A stretch of 64,000 nucleotides of DNA, from positions 1-64,000 of the forward strand of contig JBKAGE010000039.1 in the NCBI GenBank assembly GCA_046290225.1, read 5' to 3'. The notes under the pieces are model-generated. The model saw only the letters and a program-made list of their open reading frames with translations. It was not told where the DNA came from and did not search any database. The DNA is from Bradymonadia bacterium (lineage in GTDB: Bacteria; Myxococcota_A; Bradymonadia; UBA7976; UBA1532). This document shows, piece after piece, positions 1-9,282 of the stretch. Both the position numbers and the translations under genes were made by a program. Numbering within the stretch: the first letter of the stretch is position 1; each line of letters starts with the position of its first letter.

Positions 1-179
1 TTACGCAGGGGAGCGAGCAAACAAGGCGAAGCCTTGAGCGACCCTGCCTACCCGGGAAGGTGCCTGCCTCAGCAGGTGCCTGAACGTGTACGCGACCGAT
101 GAGGCGGCCCGAAGGGCTGCCGAAGGCCAGGCGCCTACGCAGGCGGAGCGCAGCGACGACTGCCTACCAGGGCCCAGCC
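1..179 (+). repeat. ~180-bp structured intergenic repeat, copy 1 (REP-like; similarity to copy 3 extends loosely to ~210)
   Basis: Collinear with 16570-16748 (5 substitutions in 179 nt) and homologous to the reverse complement of 16256-16432; several hairpins such as CAAGGC-GAA-GCCTTG. Confidence 0.95.
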
Positions 180-272
180 GCAACGCCCATCACTGCCCAA
201 TTCAACGCCCGCCCAGGGCTCCAAAGATCCCGTAGCAATGCCAAACCGCCATCTGTAGCACTGCAGCAATAC

Positions 273-1085
273 TCAGAGCCCGAACTGCCCCTTGATCCCA
301 CCGATGAAGGTCGCATCATCCTGGGCCTTGCGCGCATCGAGCAACATCTCGGCGTCGTCGCCGGCCCGGTAACGCAACGTGTTGGTGCCGTCAGTGGTGG
401 CCGTGTAGATCACCTCAGCCACCAGGCTGGCCTCAGATCCCCCAGTCATCTGGCTCCAGGCGCCCATGAGCTTCTGGATCACCGGCTGGTACTCCGCCAT
501 GGACTCATCGTTGGCGAAGTCGAAGGACCGACCGCCGAAGTCGGTTTTGATCATGCCCGGTTCGACGATCTTCACCTTCACCCCAATGGCAGCCATCTCA
601 TAGTGCAGAGCCTCGGAGATGCCCTCCACTGCGAACTTGGTGCCGTGGTACAGCGCTCCGAGGGGGAAGGTCATCTGCCCGCCGATGGAGCTGATGTTCA
701 CGATGGTGCCCGCCTTGCGGCTGCGGAAGTGCGGGATCACCCCCTTGGTGGTCTCGATGAGGCCGAGGACGTTGGTGTCGAACTGGCGGCGCACGCGATC
801 CATGTCAAAGGCCTCGAGGGGCCCATAGGCGCCGTAGCCGGCGTTGTTCAGCAGCACGTCGATGCCACCGAAGCGCTCGATGCCCTCAGAGACTGCGGCT
901 GAGATCGAGTCGGCGTCCGTAACGTCGAGGCGTGTGACGAGCACATTGTCGAGGGCAGCGAGCTCTGCCCCCTTCGAAGGGGTGCGCATGGTGGCGATGA
1001 CGTTCCAGCCCTTGCTCTGGAACAGCTCCGCGGTGGCCTTGCCAATGCCAGTGGATGCGCCGGTGATGAGGATGGTCTTGCTCAT
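273..1085 (-). CDS. SDR family oxidoreductase
   Basis: TGASTGIG, NNAGYG and YHGTK motifs; start placed at MSKTIL after an AGGAG RBS. Confidence 0.93.
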   Translation of the reverse strand: MSKTILITGASTGIGKATAELFQSKGWNVIATMRTPSKGAELAALDNVLVTRLDVTDADSISAAVSEGIERFGGIDVLLNNAGYGAYGPLEAFDMDRVRRQFDTNVLGLIETTKGVIPHFRSRKAGTIVNISSIGGQMTFPLGALYHGTKFAVEGISEALHYEMAAIGVKVKIVEPGMIKTDFGGRSFDFANDESMAEYQPVIQKLMGAWSQMTGGSEASLVAEVIYTATTDGTNTLRYRAGDDAEMLLDARKAQDDATFIGGIKGQFGL

Positions 1086-1159
1086 GGGGGTTCTCCTGTG
1101 TCGTCGTGGATGAGGCAGCGAGGAGAATCTAACCAGAGAGAGGCCCAGGGGGATATGCC

Positions 1160-1189
1160 GATCGCGCCGACCTGCCATCAGATCGCGCC
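1160..1189. promoter_or_regulatory. Direct repeat GATCGCGCC with 21-bp period upstream of the SDR gene (AraC-type spacing)
   Basis: GATCGCGCC at 1160-1168 and 1181-1189. Confidence 0.4.
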
Positions 1190-1311
1190 AAGGTGATCGG
1201 GGAGGCGCCCGCTGGGGGAGTATCTGAAGTGGCCAAGGGCGTTGGAAGCATGGAACATGGAATGCCCAACTCAGCCAGGGCCCATGTGACGAATTAGGGT
1301 CAAGGAGCACC

Positions 1312-2016
1312 ATGCGTTCACTCAGCCTGTTTGCGATCGCCTGCCTCACCGCCTGCGGCGGCAAAACTCCCGAGGTCAAATCACCTGAAGCGGCTGCGAG
1401 CCAGCCGGCCGCGCAGATGCCCAAGACCGAGGCGGCTGGCGCAATGCCAGCGTCGATGCCTGCGCGGGTACCCTCCATCCTCAGCGGCGCCGAGATCACT
1501 GAGTCTGGCGCCGACAAGCCCACCAGCAACTCGGGGTGTCACTGGTTGTCTGCCGACGGCAAACAGGTGGCTTGCGTGGAGCACATGATCGAGATGGGCT
1601 TCGGTCACTCGAAGGTGCGCATCTTCGACGTGTCCAACCCCGGGAAAGCCCTCTCCGAACATCTCGTCTTCAACGGCGACACTGGCGATGCGAAGAACAT
1701 CAAGCCCGACGCTGTGGCGGCGGTGAATGCTGCCTTCGCCAAGGGCGGCTTCGTCGCCGAGGGCAAGTATGGTGGCGACGGCAAAATCGACCCCAAGGGG
1801 GCGGCAGCCCGGGCCCCGAAACCCTCGGGAGAGCACAGCACGTGCTGCGTCATGAGCCCCAGCTCCACTGTGGCCTTCGAGCGGACCGGCCTCGTGACCA
1901 CCACCTTCGACATCGCGTGCCACTACGGGGCCGAGAAGAGCGCTGGCGCGTGCTACATCAAGGACTACAACGACGAGAGTCACCCCCACGAGGTGGCCTT
2001 CGTCTTCACGCCTTGA
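1312..2016 (+). CDS. Hypothetical lipoprotein
   Basis: AAGGAG RBS, signal peptide with lipobox LTAC, Cys-containing mature part. Confidence 0.8.
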   Translation: MRSLSLFAIACLTACGGKTPEVKSPEAAASQPAAQMPKTEAAGAMPASMPARVPSILSGAEITESGADKPTSNSGCHWLSADGKQVACVEHMIEMGFGHSKVRIFDVSNPGKALSEHLVFNGDTGDAKNIKPDAVAAVNAAFAKGGFVAEGKYGGDGKIDPKGAAARAPKPSGEHSTCCVMSPSSTVAFERTGLVTTTFDIACHYGAEKSAGACYIKDYNDESHPHEVAFVFTP

Positions 2017-2025
2017 GCGACCTGC

Positions 2026-2883
2026 CTACACAGAGGTTCGCCGCCACAGCGCGGGCAACCCCCTGAGCAACAACAGCAGCGCGCCGCCGACAGCCACCAG
2101 GGCAAGCGAGAGCACCACCGCCAGACGCACGTCGGACTCGAGAGCGGTGAAGATGGCCAGGGGCATGGTCTGGGTGGTGCCCGAGAGGTTGCCGGCGAAG
2201 ATCAGCGTGGCGCCGAATTCGCCGAGAGCCCGAGCCCAGGCCATCGAGATCCCCACGAGCAGCCCTGGCAACGCGATGGGCAGCGCGACGCTGAAGAAAG
2301 CCCGGGTCGGCGAGGCGCCGAGGGTGCGGGCGACGACGAGCAGATCGGGGTCGACCTTGCGGAAGGCGTTCGCCGCCCCCTGCACGAAGAACGGCGCCGA
2401 GACCACCACCTGAGCCGTCACCACGGCGGCCTCGGTGAAGGGCAGGGCGAGGCCCCACGCGCTCAACGTCGGGCCCAGGATTCCCTGGCGCCCAAAGGCC
2501 TGCAAGAGCGCGACGCCGATGACCGCTGGAGGGATGATGACGGGCAGACCCACCACGATCTCGGTGGCCCGTACAAAAGGACTGCGGCGGGTGACGAGCC
2601 ACCACGCCAGCGGCGTGCCTGTGACGATGGTGATGGCGAGGCTCACGAGGGTGGTCTTCACGCTGAGCCAGAGGGCAGGGGCGAAGAGCGGGTGACTCAG
2701 CCCCGCCGTGATGTGGGCGCTGTCACTGGAGAGTGCCAGGGCAACGACAGGCAGGGCCAGCACGCCGACGAGGCTCACCGCCAGGAGCGTACCCAGGATC
2801 AGAGCGGGGGGGAGGCTGGGCACAGGGGGATCGATCTCCGGGGTTGGCTCTATTTTCTTAGAGGCACAGATTGAAGGATGCAA
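2026..2883 (-). CDS. modB: Molybdate ABC transporter permease, ModB-like (true start may be GTG at 2823)
   Basis: [18 protein letters not shown] (EAA-loop region), [26 protein letters not shown]. Confidence 0.8.
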   Translation of the reverse strand: MHPSICASKKIEPTPEIDPPVPSLPPALILGTLLAVSLVGVLALPVVALALSSDSAHITAGLSHPLFAPALWLSVKTTLVSLAITIVTGTPLAWWLVTRRSPFVRATEIVVGLPVIIPPAVIGVALLQAFGRQGILGPTLSAWGLALPFTEAAVVTAQVVVSAPFFVQGAANAFRKVDPDLLVVARTLGASPTRAFFSVALPIALPGLLVGISMAWARALGEFGATLIFAGNLSGTTQTMPLAIFTALESDVRLAVVLSLALVAVGGALLLLLRGLPALWRRTSV

Positions 2884-2969
2884 ACCCCCTGAGGCAGAGT
2901 CAGGCCGGTCACCTGATGAGCAGCGTGGCGAGCATGGGCCAGCTCAGGGCCCCTGGAGAGGTGTAGAAG

Positions 2970-4778
2970 ATGAATCGATGGGGGATCGCGATCCTCGTGT
3001 TGTCACTCTGGGCATGTGACGACGGCGCGACGATCACTCGGCCTGGAGGCAACAGCGACGCTGGCGGAGCCGGAGGCGTCGGAGGCGTCGGAGGCACAGG
3101 TGGAGCGATGGTCGCAGATGCTGCCGTCGATGATCCGGACGCCATGGGTGGCGCCGACGCCATGGCGGGAGATGCGGCGGTCGATGCGCCTGATGCCGAG
3201 GTGGACGAGCGCCCAGACGCCATGACCCCTGCAGATGGCGCAGTGCCTCCAGCTGATGGGGGCATTGAGCCCCAAGAGGTGCCGTTCCAGACTGGCACCG
3301 AGATCGTCACCGCCAGCGGTGAAATTCAAGGCCGCGAAGACGATGAGTTGCGGGTGTTCAAGGGCATCCCCTTCGCCGCGCCTCCGGTGGGCGAGCGACG
3401 TTTCAAGGCGCCGGCTCCCGTGGAGCCCTGGGGCGAGCCCCTCGTCGCTGACGAGTTCGGCCCTTCGTGCCTGCAGGCCGTGGCCCTCAACGACAACGGC
3501 ACCAGCGAAGACTGCCTCACCCTCAATGTATGGGCTCACCAGGACGATGAGCCCAGGCCTGTCATGGTGTGGATCTACGGCGGTGGGTTCATCGTCGGCG
3601 AGACCGCCATGGGCACCTACGACGGAGCCGATCTCGCCCAGTCTGCTGATGTGGTGGTGGTGTCCATCAACTATCGACTGGGCGTGCTGGGCAACCTGGC
3701 CCTGCCGGAGCTGCGCGACGAAGATCCCATGGGCGCGGTGGGGAACATGGGCTTGCTCGATCAGATCGAGGCCCTGCGCTGGGTGAAGGCCAACGCCGCA
3801 GCGTTCGGTGGTGATCCGGAGAACATCACCGTCTTCGGTGAGTCTGCTGGGGCCATCTCCACCTGCGCGTTGATGGGCGCCCCACTCGCCGACGACTTGT
3901 TCCACAAAGCGATCATGCAGAGCGGCAACTGCACCCTGTTCTCGGTGATCGAGGGTGAGGGGTTGCCCGGGGTGCCTGGGGTCTTCGAGTTTGGTGAGCA
4001 GATCGCTGCCGAGGTGGGCTGTGGCGAGGCGGAAGATCGTCTCGCCTGTCTGCGAGAGGCCCCGGCGGAAGATCTCGTGGACGTGCTCGAAGCTGGGGCG
4101 CTGTTGAACATCTTGGACACGGGTGCCCCTCTCGGGTGGACCATCGACGGGGTGGTCTTGCCCCAGATGCCCTACGATCGCATTCGCGCGGGTGAGGCGC
4201 CCGAGCGACCGGTCATCGCCGGGAGCAATGGCAACGAAGGCTTCATCTTCACCCTCGGGCAAGATGTGCCCAGCAGAGAGGCGTTCCGCGATTTGCTGGC
4301 GCCGATCTTCGGTGGCCCCGAGGCGGCCCAACAGATCGTCGACCTCTACCCACGGGCTGTGTATCCGCTCTCGAAAGACGCCTTTACGGCCTTCATGGGA
4401 GAGTGGCTGTTCAATTGCAACGGCTATCACATGGTGCGATCGCTCGACGGCCTCGGCTATGCCTATGAGTTGCGTGTCGGGCCGCCCTTGCTCATGACGC
4501 CCTATGGCCCCATGCACGCTGCAGATCTGTTCTATGTGTTCGGGAACTTCCTGCGCAGCCTGATGCTGCCTACTGCGGTGGACCTGGGGCTGAGCCGCAG
4601 GGTGCAGTTGGCCTGGGGCAGTTTTGCCCGCACTGGTGTGCCCACGTGGGAAGGGGGCTGGCCTCCGGCCCGAGCGGAGAACCCGCAGCATTTGAGCATC
4701 GAGATCTTCAGCGAGGTCCGTGACGAGTTCCGGGCCGGGCGATGCGACGCCATGCGGGAGATGGGTGTGCTGCCCTGA
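2970..4778 (+). CDS. Type-B carboxylesterase family lipoprotein
   Basis: FKGIPFA, SEDCLTLNVW, GGGF, GESAG nucleophile; lipobox LWAC-DDG followed by a low-complexity linker. Confidence 0.92.
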   Translation: MNRWGIAILVLSLWACDDGATITRPGGNSDAGGAGGVGGVGGTGGAMVADAAVDDPDAMGGADAMAGDAAVDAPDAEVDERPDAMTPADGAVPPADGGIEPQEVPFQTGTEIVTASGEIQGREDDELRVFKGIPFAAPPVGERRFKAPAPVEPWGEPLVADEFGPSCLQAVALNDNGTSEDCLTLNVWAHQDDEPRPVMVWIYGGGFIVGETAMGTYDGADLAQSADVVVVSINYRLGVLGNLALPELRDEDPMGAVGNMGLLDQIEALRWVKANAAAFGGDPENITVFGESAGAISTCALMGAPLADDLFHKAIMQSGNCTLFSVIEGEGLPGVPGVFEFGEQIAAEVGCGEAEDRLACLREAPAEDLVDVLEAGALLNILDTGAPLGWTIDGVVLPQMPYDRIRAGEAPERPVIAGSNGNEGFIFTLGQDVPSREAFRDLLAPIFGGPEAAQQIVDLYPRAVYPLSKDAFTAFMGEWLFNCNGYHMVRSLDGLGYAYELRVGPPLLMTPYGPMHAADLFYVFGNFLRSLMLPTAVDLGLSRRVQLAWGSFARTGVPTWEGGWPPARAENPQHLSIEIFSEVRDEFRAGRCDAMREMGVLP

Positions 4779-4782
4779 GGGC

Positions 4783-5640
4783 TCAGCTGACCTTGTCTTG
4801 CGTCTTCGTCTCGAAGTCGCTGGCGTCATGGCGCTCGTGTAGCTGCTCCGAGGGGTCACCCCAGGCGCGGTTCACCATGCGACCGCGTTGCGTCGCCGGG
4901 CGCTCGGCGACGAGATCGGTCCACCGCTTCAGGTGGGTGTACTCGTGCACCGACAGGAACTCTGCGGCGTTGTAGATCTGCCCCTGGGCCAACACCCCGT
5001 ACCAGGGCCAGATGGCCATGTCGGCGATGGAGTATTCGTCACCGGCCATGTAGGTGTGATCGGCGAGGTGCCGGTCGAGCACGCTGAGCTGGCGCTTGGC
5101 CTCCATGGCGAAGCGGTTGATGGCGTACTCGATCTTCTCCGGGGCATACGCATAGAAGTGGCCAAAGCCACCGCCGAGGTAAGGGGCGCTCCCCATCTGC
5201 CAAAACAGCCAGTTGAGGCACTCCGTGCGGGCGCGGTGGTCAGTGGGCAGGAACGCCCCGAACTGCTCCGCGAGGTAGAGCAGGATCGAGCCAGATTCGA
5301 AGACCCGCACCGGGGGATCTTGCCGGTGATCGGCGAGCACGGGGATCTTGGAGTTGGGGTTGATGTCGACATAGCCGCTGCCGAACTGGTGCCCCTCGCT
5401 GATGTTGATGATCCAGGCGTCGTACTCGGCACCCTCGTGGCCCAGGGCGAGCAGCTCCTCGAGCATCATGGTGACTTTCACCCCGTTGGGGGTGGCCAGC
5501 GAGTACAGCTGCAGACCGTGCTTGCCCACGGGCAGCTCTTTCTCGTGGGTGGGGCCGGCGATGGGGCGGTTGATGTTGGCGAAGCGGCCGCCACTGCTCT
5601 GATCCCAGGTCCAGACCTTCGGGGGGGTGTACTCGGACAT
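4783..5640 (-). CDS. yghU: Glutathione-dependent disulfide-bond oxidoreductase (GST, YghU type)
   Basis: MSEYTPPKVWTW start, SLATPNG, NPNSKIP, FESGSIL, LHERHDASDF. Confidence 0.92.
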   Translation of the reverse strand: MSEYTPPKVWTWDQSSGGRFANINRPIAGPTHEKELPVGKHGLQLYSLATPNGVKVTMMLEELLALGHEGAEYDAWIINISEGHQFGSGYVDINPNSKIPVLADHRQDPPVRVFESGSILLYLAEQFGAFLPTDHRARTECLNWLFWQMGSAPYLGGGFGHFYAYAPEKIEYAINRFAMEAKRQLSVLDRHLADHTYMAGDEYSIADMAIWPWYGVLAQGQIYNAAEFLSVHEYTHLKRWTDLVAERPATQRGRMVNRAWGDPSEQLHERHDASDFETKTQDKVS

Positions 5641-5817
5641 GTGCTGCCTTTTGAGTGAGGGGTGGTGTGTGCACGGTGTGCCTAAACTGCACCCTCTGAT
5701 GCCTCCGGGCAAGCTGGGGTTCCAAGGTGGTTGAACACCACGACATGAGGGCCCATGCTCGCCTTCGCTCGGGGCATCTGGGCCCCTCGATCTTCTCATT
5801 GGAAAAGGAGCGATCGC

Positions 5818-6255
5818 GTGCAAGCTGATCATCCGCTCGTTCAGCGGACACAGGAATGGTTCGACCGGGTCTGGGGGCGCAAGGAGCTCGCTGCAGTCGA
5901 CGAGATGTGCACCCCCGACGTGAAGGTGCACGGCCTCGGCGGGCCCATGGTGGGTGTGGCCCTCTATCGAGATCACGTGGTGGCGCCGTTCTACGCAGCC
6001 TTCGCTCAGTTCAAGGTGGATCTGCTCGATGCCTTCGTCTGTGACGATCTGGTCTCGATGCGGGTGCGCTACACCATCACGCGCCACTGTGGAGAGCAGG
6101 TGGTCATCGAAGGGGCCGGCTTCGTGCGCTTCGAGGACAATCGCCTCGCCGAGGCATGGAACTACATGGATTTCCTCTCTTTACTGGTGCAGACCGGTGA
6201 TGTGGACGCTGATGTGCTGCCCACGATGTTGGGACGGGAGACCGCTCAGGCCTGA
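5818..6255 (+). CDS. SnoaL-like / ester cyclase family protein
   Basis: NTF2-like pattern (WFDRVW, FYAAF, EAWNYMDFLSLLVQ); AAGGAG before GTG. Confidence 0.75.
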   Translation: MQADHPLVQRTQEWFDRVWGRKELAAVDEMCTPDVKVHGLGGPMVGVALYRDHVVAPFYAAFAQFKVDLLDAFVCDDLVSMRVRYTITRHCGEQVVIEGAGFVRFEDNRLAEAWNYMDFLSLLVQTGDVDADVLPTMLGRETAQA

Positions 6256-6296
6256 ATCGTACTGGGCTGAATCGTACTGGGCTGAATTGTACTGGG
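6252..6296 (+). repeat. Tandem repeat 3 x 15 bp CTGAAT(C/T)GTACTGGG
   Basis: Units at 6252, 6267, 6282. Confidence 0.92.
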
Positions 6297-6359
6297 TGTG
6301 AGCCTTCTGCTGCTCTGGTGCATCTCTGATGTCCTGATCTCAACGGAGAGAGTTGGTCT

Positions 6360-7553
6360 GTGCGTCAGAACGAGTTTGTCGCCCTCATGGCGCTCTTGAT
6401 GTCCTTCGTGGCGTTGTCCATCGACGCCATGCTCCCCGCCCTCGGGCACATCAGCGTCAGCCTCGGCATCACCAACGCCAACGACGTGCAGTGGGTGATC
6501 ACCTCGATCTTTCTGGGCATGAGCGTGGGGCTGTTGCTCTACGGACCGCTTTCCGATGCCTATGGCCGAAAGCCCGCCATCTATCTCGGTGTATCGATCT
6601 TCCTCGTGGGGTGTGTGCTCTCGTACCTGTCGGGCAGTTTCGAGGTCATGCTCGCAGGCAGGGTGCTGCAGGGCCTCGGCGCAGCCTCGGCCCGGGTCGT
6701 CACCACGGCGCTGATCCGCGATCGATTCGAAGGCAATCAGATGGCGCGGATCATGTCGCTCATCGTGCTGATCTTCATCCTGGTGCCGGCGCTGGCCCCC
6801 ATGATCGGCCAGGGCATTCTGCTGATCGGCGACTGGCGGGACATCTTCGCCTTCATGATGGCTCTGGGGCTCGTGGGGGTGAGCTGGTTCGCCATCCGAC
6901 AGGAGGAGACGCTCCCCAAAGCGCGCCGGCTGCCTTTCTCGCTGCCCACAATGATGGCCGGGGCCCGAGAGACCCTCAGCCACCCCGTGGCGAGGGGGTT
7001 CACGCTGGCTTCGGGCCTCGTCTTCGGGGCCTTCATCGGCTACCTCGTCTCGGCCCAACAGATTCTACAGGTGCAATACGCACTGGGTGAGCGCTTTCCG
7101 TATGCCTTCGGAGGTTTGGCGCTGTGTGTCGGCGGGGCGTCTTACGTCAACTCGCGGTGGGTGGAGTCGGTGGGCATGCTCAAGGTGTGCGTGCTCTCGC
7201 TCAAGGGCCTCTCAGCCCTGGCGGTGGCTTTCGTGGGCGTCGCCGTGGCCTTCGACGGCCACCCGCCGATGGTGGCCTTCTTGTTGTACCTCGGGGGCAC
7301 CTTCTTCTGCTTCGGGCTGCTCTATGGGAACTTCAACGCGCTGGCCGTTCAGCCCATGGGGCACATCGCCGGCATCGCCAGCTCGATCATCGCCGCCGTG
7401 CAGACGCTGCTCTCCGTGCTCCTCGGCGGGCTCATCGGTGGCAGCTACAACGGTACGGTGCTGCCTCTGGTGCTCGGGTTTCTCGTGCTCGGCATCGCGG
7501 CGTTGGCGTTGACGACCAGGGTGGGGCGTCTGCACATGACCCCCGAAGGATGA
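6360..7553 (+). CDS. Bcr/CflA family MFS efflux transporter
   Basis: LSIDAMLPAL, GPLSDAYGRKP motif A, about 12 hydrophobic segments. Confidence 0.92.
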   Translation: MRQNEFVALMALLMSFVALSIDAMLPALGHISVSLGITNANDVQWVITSIFLGMSVGLLLYGPLSDAYGRKPAIYLGVSIFLVGCVLSYLSGSFEVMLAGRVLQGLGAASARVVTTALIRDRFEGNQMARIMSLIVLIFILVPALAPMIGQGILLIGDWRDIFAFMMALGLVGVSWFAIRQEETLPKARRLPFSLPTMMAGARETLSHPVARGFTLASGLVFGAFIGYLVSAQQILQVQYALGERFPYAFGGLALCVGGASYVNSRWVESVGMLKVCVLSLKGLSALAVAFVGVAVAFDGHPPMVAFLLYLGGTFFCFGLLYGNFNALAVQPMGHIAGIASSIIAAVQTLLSVLLGGLIGGSYNGTVLPLVLGFLVLGIAALALTTRVGRLHMTPEG

Positions 7554-7566
7554 GACTCGAAGACAG

Positions 7567-8502
7567 ATGGACTGGAACGACGTTCGATACTTCCTCGCCC
7601 TGGCCCGCTTGGGCGCCGTGCGGGCCGCGGGCAAGTCCCTCGGGGTGAGCCACTCCACTGTGGCCCGGCGAGTGGAGGCCCTCGAGGCCGAGCTGGGCAC
7701 TCGACTGTTCGACCGGCACCGCGACGGCTACATGCTCACCGAAGCGGGTGAGCAGATGTTGCCTCGAGCAGAGCGGATCGAAGGTGAGATGGCGGCCCTG
7801 GAGCGGGGTCTGGTGGGGCAGGACGAGCGCCTGTCGGGCCCGGTGAACATCACCTGCAGCGATCACATCATCGCCCGTTTGCTGTTGCCCGAGCTCGAGG
7901 CACTCTCCAGGCAGTATCCCGAGATCGAGGTGCACTTCAGCGTGGACAGTCGCTCGTTCGATCTTTCGCGACGAGAGGCCGACATCGCGATCCGCACCCT
8001 CGTGGTGGACGATCAGCCGCCGCCACACCTCATCGGTCGAAAGGTGGCGCCCCTCGTCATCGCCAACTATGTCGCCCTGGATCATGCAGAGCGGCTCGAT
8101 CCCGAGATCGTCGGCCCGCAGGCGACCCGATGGCTGTCTTTCGAGCCTCGAAAGGCCCATGAGGGCATCATCACCCAGTCTGATTACGCCGATGTGGCGC
8201 CGTGGGGCACCTTCACCACGATGGAGCTCACGTTGGAGGCGGCCCTCGTTGGTCTGGGGCTGGCCATGCTGCCCACCTATGTGGGCGATCCACACCCTGG
8301 CCTTCGGCGTCTACGACACCCAGGCCTGTGGCATCTCGCCGACATCTGGCTCATCTCTCACCCTGATCTCAGGGACAATGCACGCTTCAGAGCCGTCCGG
8401 GCCTGCATTGCCAACTGCCTGAAATTGCATCGAGGTCTCTTTGAAGGAGAAGGGTGGTTCACAGATGGGACAGAGGGTCCCGAAAACGCCCCAGGGGGGT
8501 AG
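7567..8502 (+). CDS. LysR family transcriptional regulator
   Basis: MDWNDVRYFLALAR...STVARRV HTH; LSRREADIAIR. Confidence 0.93.
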   Translation: MDWNDVRYFLALARLGAVRAAGKSLGVSHSTVARRVEALEAELGTRLFDRHRDGYMLTEAGEQMLPRAERIEGEMAALERGLVGQDERLSGPVNITCSDHIIARLLLPELEALSRQYPEIEVHFSVDSRSFDLSRREADIAIRTLVVDDQPPPHLIGRKVAPLVIANYVALDHAERLDPEIVGPQATRWLSFEPRKAHEGIITQSDYADVAPWGTFTTMELTLEAALVGLGLAMLPTYVGDPHPGLRRLRHPGLWHLADIWLISHPDLRDNARFRAVRACIANCLKLHRGLFEGEGWFTDGTEGPENAPGG

Positions 8503-8552
8503 AGAGATTCGGCGCTAACCTCACTCTCGTCCACTGATGAGAGGAGCCAGCC

Positions 8553-9191
8553 ATGGCCAACGCCGCTTTCTGGGACAACATCGCTGAAGGCTATGCCGCC
8601 AAGCCCGTGGAGAACCCCGAGGCCTTCGAGCGCAAGATCGTCATCACGAAGGGCCTGATGCGCGCCGAAGATGTGGTGCTCGACATCGGCTGTGGCACCG
8701 GCTCTCTGGCCCTGCGCCTCGCTGACTCCGGTGGCCACCTGCACGGCCTCGACATCTCGAAGGAGATGATCCGCATCGCCCGAGGCAAGGCCACCGACCA
8801 GCAGGTGGGCAACGTCAGCTTCCACGTGGGGCCCTTCGACGACACCTTCACCGTATTCGAGCCCGGCAGCCTCGACGGCATCTGCGCCTACAGCCTGCTG
8901 CACCTCGTCGCTGACCGGCCAGGCGCGTTGAGGCAGATCTTCGAGCTGATCAAGCCAGGTGGGTTCTTTGTGTCGTCGACGGTGTGCTTGGGGAACACGT
9001 GGGTGCCCTTTGGCCCGATCCTCACGGTGATGCGCTGGATGGGCAAGGCCCCCGACATCGTGCGCAGCGTCTCGACCGATACGCTGGTGGCCGAGGTGAA
9101 GGCGGCGGGCTTCGTCGACGTGCAGCTGCCCGACGTCGGGGCCGAGAAGACTGTCGCCTTCATGGTGGCGAAGAAGCCGGAGGTGAAGTGA
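8553..9191 (+). CDS. Class I SAM-dependent methyltransferase
   Basis: VLDIGCGTG motif I, LDISKEM, IKPGG. Confidence 0.92.
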   Translation: MANAAFWDNIAEGYAAKPVENPEAFERKIVITKGLMRAEDVVLDIGCGTGSLALRLADSGGHLHGLDISKEMIRIARGKATDQQVGNVSFHVGPFDDTFTVFEPGSLDGICAYSLLHLVADRPGALRQIFELIKPGGFFVSSTVCLGNTWVPFGPILTVMRWMGKAPDIVRSVSTDTLVAEVKAAGFVDVQLPDVGAEKTVAFMVAKKPEVK

Positions 9192-9259
9192 TGACCACGA
9201 TCTACATGCTCTTTTCCATGGGGCTCTCGGGGATCTTCAAGCGATACTTCGGCCGTTGA
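9191..9259 (+). CDS. Putative 22-aa small protein MTTIYMLFSMGLSGIFKRYFGR
   Basis: TGATG stop/start overlap with the methyltransferase, GGAGGTG RBS, fills the gap before the next gene. Confidence 0.45.
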   Translation: MTTIYMLFSMGLSGIFKRYFGR

Positions 9260-9282
9260 AGGCAGCATGAAACCGAGGAGCC

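Noticed and set aside
1..183. 60-61 aa ORFs at 1-183 and 16570-16755 (nearly identical peptides)
   Set aside because: They are translations of the non-coding repeat; the frame is not kept in copy 2 and conservation follows hairpins.
6252..6296. Possible CRISPR array
   Set aside because: Units are 15 bp and directly adjacent with no spacers; no cas genes.
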